From contig CASEAD010000090.1 in the NCBI GenBank assembly GCA_949285775.1, forward strand, positions 1 through 24,987: a stretch of DNA of 24,987 nucleotides, written 5' to 3'. The position numbers were made by a program, and so were the translations under genes. The notes under the pieces are model-generated. The model saw only the letters and a program-made list of their open reading frames with translations. It was not told the DNA's origin and searched no databases. The stretch is from an uncultured bacterium. Lineage in GTDB: Bacteria; Bacillota_I; Bacilli_A; RF39; UBA660. This document shows positions 17,077 through 24,468 of this stretch, one piece after another (position 1 is the stretch's first letter; each line of letters opens with the position of its first letter).

Positions 17077-17102
17077 ACATTTAATTATTTTTATGATATA
17101 TT
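17074..17102 (+). promoter_or_regulatory. SigA promoter of lexA
   Basis: TTGACA-17 nt-TATATT with a TG extended -10. Confidence 0.8.
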
Positions 17103-17129
17103 TAGTAAAAGAAAGGAATGATTATTACT

Positions 17130-17750
17130 ATGAAAAAATATACTGATTTAACTACCAAACAAAAAGATATCTTAATCTTCATAAAAAAATTTATCGCAAC
17201 TAACAAATATCCCCCATCAATTAGAGAAATATGTCGTGCCCTAAACCTAAACTCTCCAGCCACCGTCCATACCCATATCAATAACCTAATAAATAAAGAA
17301 TACCTAAAAAGAAGTAACACCAGTAACCATGCTTTAGAATTACTTACTCCAAATGAATTTGAAAACGAAAGTATCATAAGCGTCCCACTACTAGGAAAAA
17401 TAACCGCCGGTAACCCTATAGAAGCCATAGAAAACACCGATGAATACTTTAACTTACCAGCAGAACTAGTACCCAAAGGAAAAACAGTATTTACCTTAAA
17501 AGTAAGTGGTGACAGCATGATTAACGTAGGAATACACGATAAAGACATCGTAATAGTAGAACAAAAAAACACCGCCCAAAATGGCGATATCGTAGTCGCA
17601 ATGAATGATGAAAACGAAGTAACCCTAAAAACCTTCTATAAAGAAGACGGTTACTTCAGACTACAACCCGAAAACGATTTTATGACACCTATTATCCTAA
17701 AAAATGTTACCATCTTAGGAAAAGCAATAGGCCTATATAGAAAAATATAA
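17130..17750 (+). CDS. lexA: SOS repressor LexA
   Basis: wHTH LTTKQKDIL...PPSIREIC...NSPATVHTH; Ala-Gly cleavage site KITAGNPI; catalytic Ser GDSM and Lys TLKTF. ATG 17130 is preferred over 17118 on AAAGGAATGA SD spacing. Confidence 0.97.
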   Translation: MKKYTDLTTKQKDILIFIKKFIATNKYPPSIREICRALNLNSPATVHTHINNLINKEYLKRSNTSNHALELLTPNEFENESIISVPLLGKITAGNPIEAIENTDEYFNLPAELVPKGKTVFTLKVSGDSMINVGIHDKDIVIVEQKNTAQNGDIVVAMNDENEVTLKTFYKEDGYFRLQPENDFMTPIILKNVTILGKAIGLYRKI

Positions 17751-17778
17751 AACAGATAAGAAAAGCCATTATCTGTTT
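17750..17778. terminator. Bidirectional terminator between lexA and the convergent gene
   Basis: AAACAGATAA...TTATCTGTTT stem with A and T tracts on both sides. Confidence 0.65.
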
Positions 17779-18800
17779 TTTACTTTAGTACTTTCAAAAT
17801 CAAAATACCCTAGTTCATCCCCTACTTCTAATTTCTTATTCCTAGCAATTAATTGAATTAAATCATATCTATCCGGAACTTGATAAAACTTTAATTTTAA
17901 AGGTGATATAACAGTATCAATCATAACTAAATTATCCATATTATTAGTATTAGAATTACTACCAACATTCCTTGTAAAAAAATCAAAATAATTAGACCCA
18001 CAATTTCTAATAATATATTCCCTTAAATTAATTAAATTATTATCACTCACAACTTCCTGATATATCTTATTAGAATCAATCACTTCACTAATAGGAAAAG
18101 TAATAATACAATTAGATTCACTAAAAAAACCATTTAAAACAACCTCAATATTAGCCTTAACCTCATCATCAAGCACATCACTAAATTTTCTATATAAAAC
18201 TCTCCTATAATAATCTATTTTACTTTCTCCATATTTAACATTTAAAGCCTCATCAAATTCTTGCCTCAATATTCCTAAAAATAACCTTTCCGGTGCAAAA
18301 TTACAAACATAACCAAAAGTAGTCGCCCCAGGAGCAGTAAAATACACCTCATCAATTCTTCCAGATTGTTGCTTAGTATAATCACCAGTTATACCAATTT
18401 TCTTCTCCAAAAAATTAAGAGCTTCAAACAAACAAGCATCACCATTTAAAGAACTACCCAAACCATTTCTTTTAATATATTTAACCATACTACCATTACA
18501 AGAATGAGTAAATACCCCATCATTCTTTAACCAAGATAAAATATCAAACCCATTATAAATTAATTCCCAATATTTATTATTTATCTCTTCATATGAATTA
18601 TATATACATCTATCCCCACTAATAAGATAATAAACAAATACCTCTCCCATATAACTACAAAATACATCTATATCATTCATAGAGTATTCTAACAAATTAG
18701 CAATAAAAATATCATTAGATAACAATTCATTAATAGGCGAAACATCTTCCTTATTTTTTAATAACAACTCCTTTAATTTTATTAACAAATCCCTATTCAT
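17769..18800 (-). CDS. Hypothetical protein, possible ADP-ribosyltransferase-like fold
   Basis: Long open frame; GAGGGAG RBS supports ATG 18800. Contains FTHSCNG...YIKRNGLG and EVYFTAPG..FGY..APE motifs. Confidence 0.7.
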   Translation of the reverse strand: MNRDLLIKLKELLLKNKEDVSPINELLSNDIFIANLLEYSMNDIDVFCSYMGEVFVYYLISGDRCIYNSYEEINNKYWELIYNGFDILSWLKNDGVFTHSCNGSMVKYIKRNGLGSSLNGDACLFEALNFLEKKIGITGDYTKQQSGRIDEVYFTAPGATTFGYVCNFAPERLFLGILRQEFDEALNVKYGESKIDYYRRVLYRKFSDVLDDEVKANIEVVLNGFFSESNCIITFPISEVIDSNKIYQEVVSDNNLINLREYIIRNCGSNYFDFFTRNVGSNSNTNNMDNLVMIDTVISPLKLKFYQVPDRYDLIQLIARNKKLEVGDELGYFDFESTKVKNR

Positions 18801-19437
18801 TAACCACACAATCTCCCTCATTTATCTTATCTTTATATAACATAACTGGCTTATAACTAAGCCTATGATATTTAGTAATACCATACTTCTCTATAGCTTC
18901 TATATGACGCTTAGTAGGATAACCTTTATTATGTGCTAAATCATACATCGGATATTTTTTATCTAACTCATACATTTCCCTATCCCTAGTAACCTTAGCA
19001 ATAACAGAAGCTGCTGCTATCGATATACTCTTAGCATCCCCCTTAATAATAGACATAGTAGGAATATCCAATTCAAGTGGCATAGCATCTATTAAAACAT
19101 AATCTAAATCTATCTGTTTTCTAACATTATCAATAGCCATACCCATTGCCTTCTTAGTAGCCTCATATATATTTAACTCATCAATCTCCTTCTCCAAAAC
19201 CTCACCAATACCAACTGCCAAAGCCTCTTTCATTATAATATCATAAAAATAATTCCTCTTCTTCTCACTCAATTTCTTAGAATCCGTTAACCCCTCTAAC
19301 TTAAAATCCCTAGGCAAAACCACACAAGCCGTAACTACACTACCAATTAAAGGACCTCTACCAACCTCATCAACACCACCAATAAAATTTACCCCTTTAT
19401 CATATAACTCTCTTTCATACTTATATAAATCTTCCAT
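18793..19437 (-). CDS. rnhB: Ribonuclease HII
   Basis: GGVDEVGRGPL, LTDSKKLSEKKR, VLIDAM, IIKGDAKSISIAAASVIAKVTRD, HNKGYPTKRH, HRLSY. Confidence 0.97.
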   Translation of the reverse strand: MEDLYKYERELYDKGVNFIGGVDEVGRGPLIGSVVTACVVLPRDFKLEGLTDSKKLSEKKRNYFYDIIMKEALAVGIGEVLEKEIDELNIYEATKKAMGMAIDNVRKQIDLDYVLIDAMPLELDIPTMSIIKGDAKSISIAAASVIAKVTRDREMYELDKKYPMYDLAHNKGYPTKRHIEAIEKYGITKYHRLSYKPVMLYKDKINEGDCVVNE

Positions 19438-19445
19438 ATAACCAC

Positions 19446-19703
19446 CTAATTCCCCTTATTACCTCTATTACTATTATATATAGAAAAAGCACTATTCATA
19501 TTCTGTGTTAACCTATCTACCCTACTCTCAATACTATTAGCCTCTCTTAATTCTTTCCTTTTCTCTTCCTTACTTTTAATCCCATACATTCTCAAATTAA
19601 AATCTTTAACTCTATCATTAACCTCTTTCCCACTTACCTTATTAGCCTTCCATCTTTCATCAAATACCTGAGTTAAATCTTTATTTCTATTAATATTATT
19701 CAT
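19446..19703 (-). CDS. Hypothetical small charged protein
   Basis: 85-aa ORF with a GGGG RBS and its own promoter, 8 nt upstream of rnhB. Confidence 0.7.
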   Translation of the reverse strand: MNNINRNKDLTQVFDERWKANKVSGKEVNDRVKDFNLRMYGIKSKEEKRKELREANSIESRVDRLTQNMNSAFSIYNSNRGNKGN

Positions 19704-19726
19704 ATAATCCCCAACTTTCTATAACT

Positions 19727-19756
19727 ATTATACCAAAAAAAGAACAATATAGTCTA
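19727..19756 (-). promoter_or_regulatory. SigA promoter of the hypothetical-rnhB-hypothetical operon
   Basis: TAGACT-18 nt-TATAAT with a TG extended -10. Confidence 0.6.
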
Positions 19757-19761
19757 TAAAA

Positions 19762-22068
19762 TTATTGCCCTTCATTAAATAAATAATAATATAATTCCAA
19801 ATAATCCTTAACCAAAACAATATCTATCTTATCTTTTATCACAAGAGGAATATCCTCCAAATCACCCTTATTATCATAAGGAATAAAAACCCTACTAATA
19901 TCATTAACCGAAGCCGCTATTAACTTCTCCTTAAGTCCACCTATAGGTAATATCTTTCCTCTTAAAGTAATTTCCCCAGTCATACTAACACTATTAGAAA
20001 TAATTTTATCAACAAGTAAACTAATAAATGCACTAACAATAGTAACACCAGCACTAGGTCCATCCTTAGGCGTTGCCCCATCTTCAATATGAATATGAAA
20101 ATCATTATTAGAAAATATCTTATAATCAATCCCAAACTTATCACAATTACTCTTCAAATAACTTAAAGCAATCTCTACACTCTCTTCCATAACCTCACCA
20201 ATAGAGCCAGTTATCTTAATATTACCTTTACCCTTATATTTAGTAACACTAACCTTTAAAATATCTCCCCCACACACAGTATAAGCAAGACCATTAACTA
20301 TACCACTCTTATTATTACTATCATTCCTACTATAATGATACTTCTCAATCCCTAAATAATCCCTCAAATTATCCTTATTAATTATAGTATCAACAATACC
20401 ATCACATACAATTTTTCGACATATCTCCTCTATTTTCCTAGATAACTCACGCGCTCCCGACTCCTTAGTATAACCCCTAATAATCATACCAATAGCATCA
20501 TCTGATATACTAATATTACTATCTCTTAACTTATATTCTCGAAACAATTTAGGTATTAAATACTTCCTACAAATCTCCTGCTTATCATAATTAGTATAAC
20601 TAGATAACTCTATTACCTCTAACCTATCTCTAAGTGCTACAGGAACTTTTGTAATATCATTAGCAGTCAAAATAAACATTACCTTAGATAAATCAAACTC
20701 CTCTTCAATATAATTATCACAAAAAGTATCATTCTGTTCCTTATCTAATACCTCTAACAATGCCGCTGCAGGATCCCCACGATAATTCTTAGTCATCTTA
20801 TCAATCTCATCTATTAAAAATACAGGATTATTAGTACCAGCCTTCTTAATACCTTGAATTATCTTACCAGGACTAGCTCCCAAATAAGTCCTCCTATGCC
20901 CAACTATCTCAGCCTCATCATTAACTCCCCCTACACTAATCTTAACAAACTTCTTATTAAGAGCATTAGCAATACTCCGAGCAAGCGTAGTCTTACCAAC
21001 CCCACTAGGACCAACCAAACAAATAATAGGACTATTAACCTTCTTAATCTTCTCCATTACCACTACAAAAGAACTAATCCTCATCTTAACCTTTTCCAAC
21101 CCATAATGTGATTCATTTAACCTCTCATTAATCTCATCAACATCATACCGATCCTGACTAGACTCTAACCAAGGCAAATTAAGCAACCAATCAATATAAC
21201 TCCTTATAATAGTAACCTCAGGCGAAGCCTCACTAGATAACGAATATCTCTTCACCTCTTCTAATAACCTTTTTCTAACCTTATCCGGAAGTTCCTTTTC
21301 ATCTATCCTCTTTCTTAATTCAGCAATTTCCGTATCCTTAATATTAGCCTCCCCTAACTCTTCCTTAATCAACCTAATCTTTTCTCTTAACAAATATTCC
21401 CTTTGTGAATCATCTATTTTCTCCTTTAAAGAAACTTCTAACTGATTCTCTAACTTAACAGTCTCTATTTCCCTACACAAATCACTAGTAATCATCTTAA
21501 TCCTCTTAACCGGATCAATTTCATTTAAATACTTTAACTTCTCCGTATAATCAAAAGGAAGCTCTGCAATAACAATATCAGTTAACTTACTAATATTATC
21601 AACCCCACTAATTCTACCTAATACACTATTACTCATCACACTAGAATTATCAATATAACTAGTCAAATTCTTAAATAAAAGCCTTCTTAACGCCCTAACC
21701 TCTATCTCATCACTCTCATTATCTCTAACCGGAACAACAAACGATTCCAAATAACCATAATCACTCTCAAAATAATTAATTACCTCTACCCTATCTACAC
21801 CAGTAATAACTACTCTAACCGTCCCATTAGAAAGTTCTATCTTAGACTTTATCTTACCCACAACTCCAATATCAGGTAAATCCTTTATCCTAGGATTTTC
21901 CTCTAATGGATCAGCCAAATTAATTAATAAAATATAATTATCATTAAACTTCTCAGAATTTTCCAAAACCAACTTATCTTGCGTCTTATTAAACTCTATC
22001 CTAATCTCATTATAAGGAAATAATATAGCATTCTTTAAAACCATAATAGGCAAATTAGTTTCTACCAT
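19762..22068 (-). CDS. lon: ATP-dependent protease La (Lon)
   Basis: LON N-domain; Walker A GPSGVGKTT; EIVGHRRTYLGASPGKI; Walker B FLIDEIDK; catalytic PKDGPSAG and GGLKEK. Confidence 0.97.
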   Translation of the reverse strand: MVETNLPIMVLKNAILFPYNEIRIEFNKTQDKLVLENSEKFNDNYILLINLADPLEENPRIKDLPDIGVVGKIKSKIELSNGTVRVVITGVDRVEVINYFESDYGYLESFVVPVRDNESDEIEVRALRRLLFKNLTSYIDNSSVMSNSVLGRISGVDNISKLTDIVIAELPFDYTEKLKYLNEIDPVKRIKMITSDLCREIETVKLENQLEVSLKEKIDDSQREYLLREKIRLIKEELGEANIKDTEIAELRKRIDEKELPDKVRKRLLEEVKRYSLSSEASPEVTIIRSYIDWLLNLPWLESSQDRYDVDEINERLNESHYGLEKVKMRISSFVVVMEKIKKVNSPIICLVGPSGVGKTTLARSIANALNKKFVKISVGGVNDEAEIVGHRRTYLGASPGKIIQGIKKAGTNNPVFLIDEIDKMTKNYRGDPAAALLEVLDKEQNDTFCDNYIEEEFDLSKVMFILTANDITKVPVALRDRLEVIELSSYTNYDKQEICRKYLIPKLFREYKLRDSNISISDDAIGMIIRGYTKESGARELSRKIEEICRKIVCDGIVDTIINKDNLRDYLGIEKYHYSRNDSNNKSGIVNGLAYTVCGGDILKVSVTKYKGKGNIKITGSIGEVMEESVEIALSYLKSNCDKFGIDYKIFSNNDFHIHIEDGATPKDGPSAGVTIVSAFISLLVDKIISNSVSMTGEITLRGKILPIGGLKEKLIAASVNDISRVFIPYDNKGDLEDIPLVIKDKIDIVLVKDYLELYYYLFNEGQ

Positions 22069-22095
22069 ACATACTACCCTCTTCCATTGCTAGAT

Positions 22096-22124
22096 ATTCT
22101 ATCAATAAACAAAAAAATTATCAA
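22096..22124 (-). promoter_or_regulatory. SigA promoter of lon
   Basis: TTGATA-17 nt-TAGAAT with a TG extended -10. Confidence 0.7.
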
Positions 22125-22186
22125 GTTTAATCACTAACATTTTTCTTCTTTTTCCAAAATTTTATCCCCTCGTAAACTACTTTATC

Positions 22187-22213
22187 AAAATGTAACCTAA
22201 TAGGCTACATTTT
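22187..22213. repeat. Inverted repeat with 12-bp arms (11/12 matches)
   Basis: AAAATGTAACCT-AAT-AGGCTACATTTT. Confidence 0.8.
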
Positions 22214-22247
22214 ATTACAAATTTTGTGTTACAATATATACAAGAGG

Positions 22248-22270
22248 AAAAAACACCCACTAGGGGGTGC
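22248..22270 (-). terminator. Intrinsic terminator of the HTH gene
   Basis: CACCC...GGGTG stem followed by T6 on the - strand. Confidence 0.7.
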
Positions 22271-22278
22271 AAGCTGAA

Positions 22279-22530
22279 TTACTCACAAGGAATATATTCT
22301 AATATATCCGAAATCTTACAATCTAGAACATAACACAACTTAGCAATTACATCTAAATCTACTCTAGTTATAGGAGAGTTTGTATAGTATGCCTTAACAG
22401 TACTATATTTAAGGGCCGCTAACTTACTCATTTGATATATAGTAATATTTCTTTTAAGCATTATGGAACTTAACTTAATTTCTACTTTTCCATAATTCTT
22501 TAATTCAGTTATTCCTCTTATTTTTTGCAT
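22279..22530 (-). CDS. Xre/Cro-C1 (HTH_26/YozG-like) transcriptional regulator
   Basis: IKLSSIMLKRNITIYQMSKLAALKYSTVKAYY...VDLDVIAKLCYVLDCKISDILEY. A GGAGG RBS supports the ATG at 22530. Confidence 0.85.
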   Translation of the reverse strand: MQKIRGITELKNYGKVEIKLSSIMLKRNITIYQMSKLAALKYSTVKAYYTNSPITRVDLDVIAKLCYVLDCKISDILEYIPCE

Positions 22531-22572
22531 ATAAAACCTCCATAAAATTATTTTAGCATATTTACATATTTT

Positions 22573-22611
22573 AAAATACACCTTTACAAAGGTACCATTT
22601 TACTGTATCAT
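22573..22611 (+). promoter_or_regulatory. Promoter TTTACA-17-TATCAT with an overlapping inverted repeat
   Basis: ACCTTT-AC-AAAGGT (22580-22593), flanked by AAAAT/ATTTT, covers the -35 of the small + strand gene. Confidence 0.55.
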
Positions 22612-22634
22612 AATGATATACAAGGAGGAATATA

Positions 22635-22859
22635 ATGAATTATGAAGAAATAGCTACCAAAGCTTTTGCAGACATGTTAAAATATGAAGTAAAAAACGAA
22701 AGCTTATCAGAAGTAATGAACATATGCATCACCAAACAAGGAAACTTTACCGAAAGAGAAAAAATAAAAATAGAAGGTCAAGTAATTCACGTAATGAGTG
22801 TTGCCGGCTACGACATAGATTGTCTTAAACCATTCAAATTAAAAAAATATAGAGATTAA
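22635..22859 (+). CDS. Hypothetical 74-aa protein
   Basis: AGGAGG RBS and a clear promoter. The 3' end overlaps the sigE 3' end by 4 nt (convergent). Confidence 0.75.
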   Translation: MNYEEIATKAFADMLKYEVKNESLSEVMNICITKQGNFTEREKIKIEGQVIHVMSVAGYDIDCLKPFKLKKYRD

Positions 22860-23545
22860 ATCTTAATAATACTAGAAAGCCTTCTAATAACCTTCTTCTC
22901 GATTCTAGAAATATAAGATTGACTTATTCCCATCAAAGATGCCACCTCTTTTTGAGTCATCTCTTTTTTTCCGTTCAAACCATACCTATACTCAATAATC
23001 TCCCTATCCCTACCTTCTAACTTATTAACCTCCGCATATAACATCTTCTTATCCAATTCCTCCTCCAATCCCCTAGTAACAATATCCGCATCAGTTCCCA
23101 AAACATCCTCTAAATGTAATTCATTACCATCAACATCAAAACTCAAACTATCCTCAAAACTAATCTCCCCCCTCTTCTTCTTAGTCTTTCTCAAATACAT
23201 TAAAATCTCATTATCAATACACCTAGAAGCATAAGTAGCAAGCTTAATATTCTTATCTAACTTATAAGTATTAACCCCTTTAATTAAACCAATTGTCCCA
23301 ATAGATACAAGATCCTCCAAATCTATCTTTGTATTCTCATACCTCTTAGCCAAAAAAACAACCAACCTCAAATTATGCTCAATTAACTTATTCCTAGCAT
23401 CCATATCCCCATTCATAGACTTCTCAACATACATAACCTCTTCTTCCTTACTAAGAGGAGGAGGCAATATATCTGTACTCCCCAAATAAAATATACAATT
23501 AAATCTCCTCAAAACCCTCTTAATTATCTCAATAATCTTTCTCAT
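22856..23545 (-). CDS. sigE: Sporulation sigma factor pro-SigE
   Basis: YLGSTDILPPPLSKEEE, KLIEHNLRLVV, EDLVSIGTIGLIK, KLATYASRCIDNEILMYLR, EISFEDSLSFDVDGNELHLEDVLGT, SQSYISRIEKK. Coupled to spoIIGA by an ATGA overlap. Confidence 0.96.
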   Translation of the reverse strand: MRKIIEIIKRVLRRFNCIFYLGSTDILPPPLSKEEEVMYVEKSMNGDMDARNKLIEHNLRLVVFLAKRYENTKIDLEDLVSIGTIGLIKGVNTYKLDKNIKLATYASRCIDNEILMYLRKTKKKRGEISFEDSLSFDVDGNELHLEDVLGTDADIVTRGLEEELDKKMLYAEVNKLEGRDREIIEYRYGLNGKKEMTQKEVASLMGISQSYISRIEKKVIRRLSSIIKI

Positions 23546-24342
23546 AGTACCCTTCCCTCCATTAACTTAGAATTTAAAATACAATCAACCCCATCAATCC
23601 CAATCTCTTCATTAGATATACCTACCAAAAAATTCTTCCTAAACCCCACCCCTTGAATAAATATCTTATCAGGAATAATACACTTTAATAAACTATGATT
23701 ATTCAAAGAATCATAAGGCACTAATAAAATAGGATCCTTCCCATAATCAACACTAATCAAAGACTTATCCAAAAGAATAATAGGTCTTTTTTTATAAGGA
23801 TCCTCAAGCTTATTACCCGTATCCACAAAACCAGTCGCTTCTATCACCCTCCCATCTTTTAAATATATATCAATATTATAATAATTAGAATAATTATTCT
23901 TAAGCTCTATCCCTTGTTTAACATAAGCATATATAATAATAGGACTTAACACTATTAAAACAATAAAATTAACACTTAACCCATTATAATAAAACACAAG
24001 CCCCGTATTCTTATAACTAAATTGAATACTAAGCAAATATAAAAATCCCCCCAAAATAATAGAAGAAGTATATAAATAAAATAAATTCTTAAAAACATAT
24101 CTAATATCCCTATACCCAAACGCTATTAAAACCATTAATATAGATATAAATACCTTAATTAAAAACAATAAAAAACTATTCATACTAATAAATAAAGATA
24201 AAGTAGTCAAACTCCCCACTAACGCTGACAATAACATCCTCTTTAAATTAGTCTGCCTCCTTAATACCAACGCTGTTGCAAATATAAGTATCATATCAAA
24301 CCCAAAATTTAATACCAATATCAAGTCTACATATACCCTCAT
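23542..24342 (-). CDS. spoIIGA: Sigma-E processing aspartic peptidase SpoIIGA
   Basis: MRVYVDLILVLNFGFD N-terminus, about five TM helices, catalytic FVDTGNKLEDPY, LVPYDSL. The start is moved to ATG 24342 (GGTGA RBS). Confidence 0.93.
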   Translation of the reverse strand: MRVYVDLILVLNFGFDMILIFATALVLRRQTNLKRMLLSALVGSLTTLSLFISMNSFLLFLIKVFISILMVLIAFGYRDIRYVFKNLFYLYTSSIILGGFLYLLSIQFSYKNTGLVFYYNGLSVNFIVLIVLSPIIIYAYVKQGIELKNNYSNYYNIDIYLKDGRVIEATGFVDTGNKLEDPYKKRPIILLDKSLISVDYGKDPILLVPYDSLNNHSLLKCIIPDKIFIQGVGFRKNFLVGISNEEIGIDGVDCILNSKLMEGRVL

Positions 24343-24358
24343 AATAATCACCATTATC

Positions 24359-24392
24359 ATTATAAATAAAAGTAACCACATATTATGTCAAA
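24359..24392 (-). promoter_or_regulatory. spoIIG-type long-spacer promoter with a 0A-box-like -35
   Basis: TTGACA (24391-24386)-21 nt-TATAAT (24364-24359). TGTCAAA on the + strand differs by one base from the 0A box TGNCGAA. Confidence 0.6.
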
Positions 24393-24411
24393 TTATAGAT
24401 ACAAAATAAGA

Positions 24412-24438
24412 AAATAACCTAGATATACTAAGTTATTT
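24412..24438 (-). terminator. Intrinsic terminator
   Basis: AAATAACTTAG-TATAT-CTAGGTTATTT followed by a T-rich tract. Confidence 0.7.
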
Positions 24439-24468
24439 CTATTATAACAATCTTACACTTTAAAATTA

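Noticed and set aside
17102-17572. 156-aa - strand ORF
   Set aside because: It is an antisense shadow of lexA.
20854-21111. 85-aa + strand ORF
   Set aside because: It is an antisense shadow inside lon.
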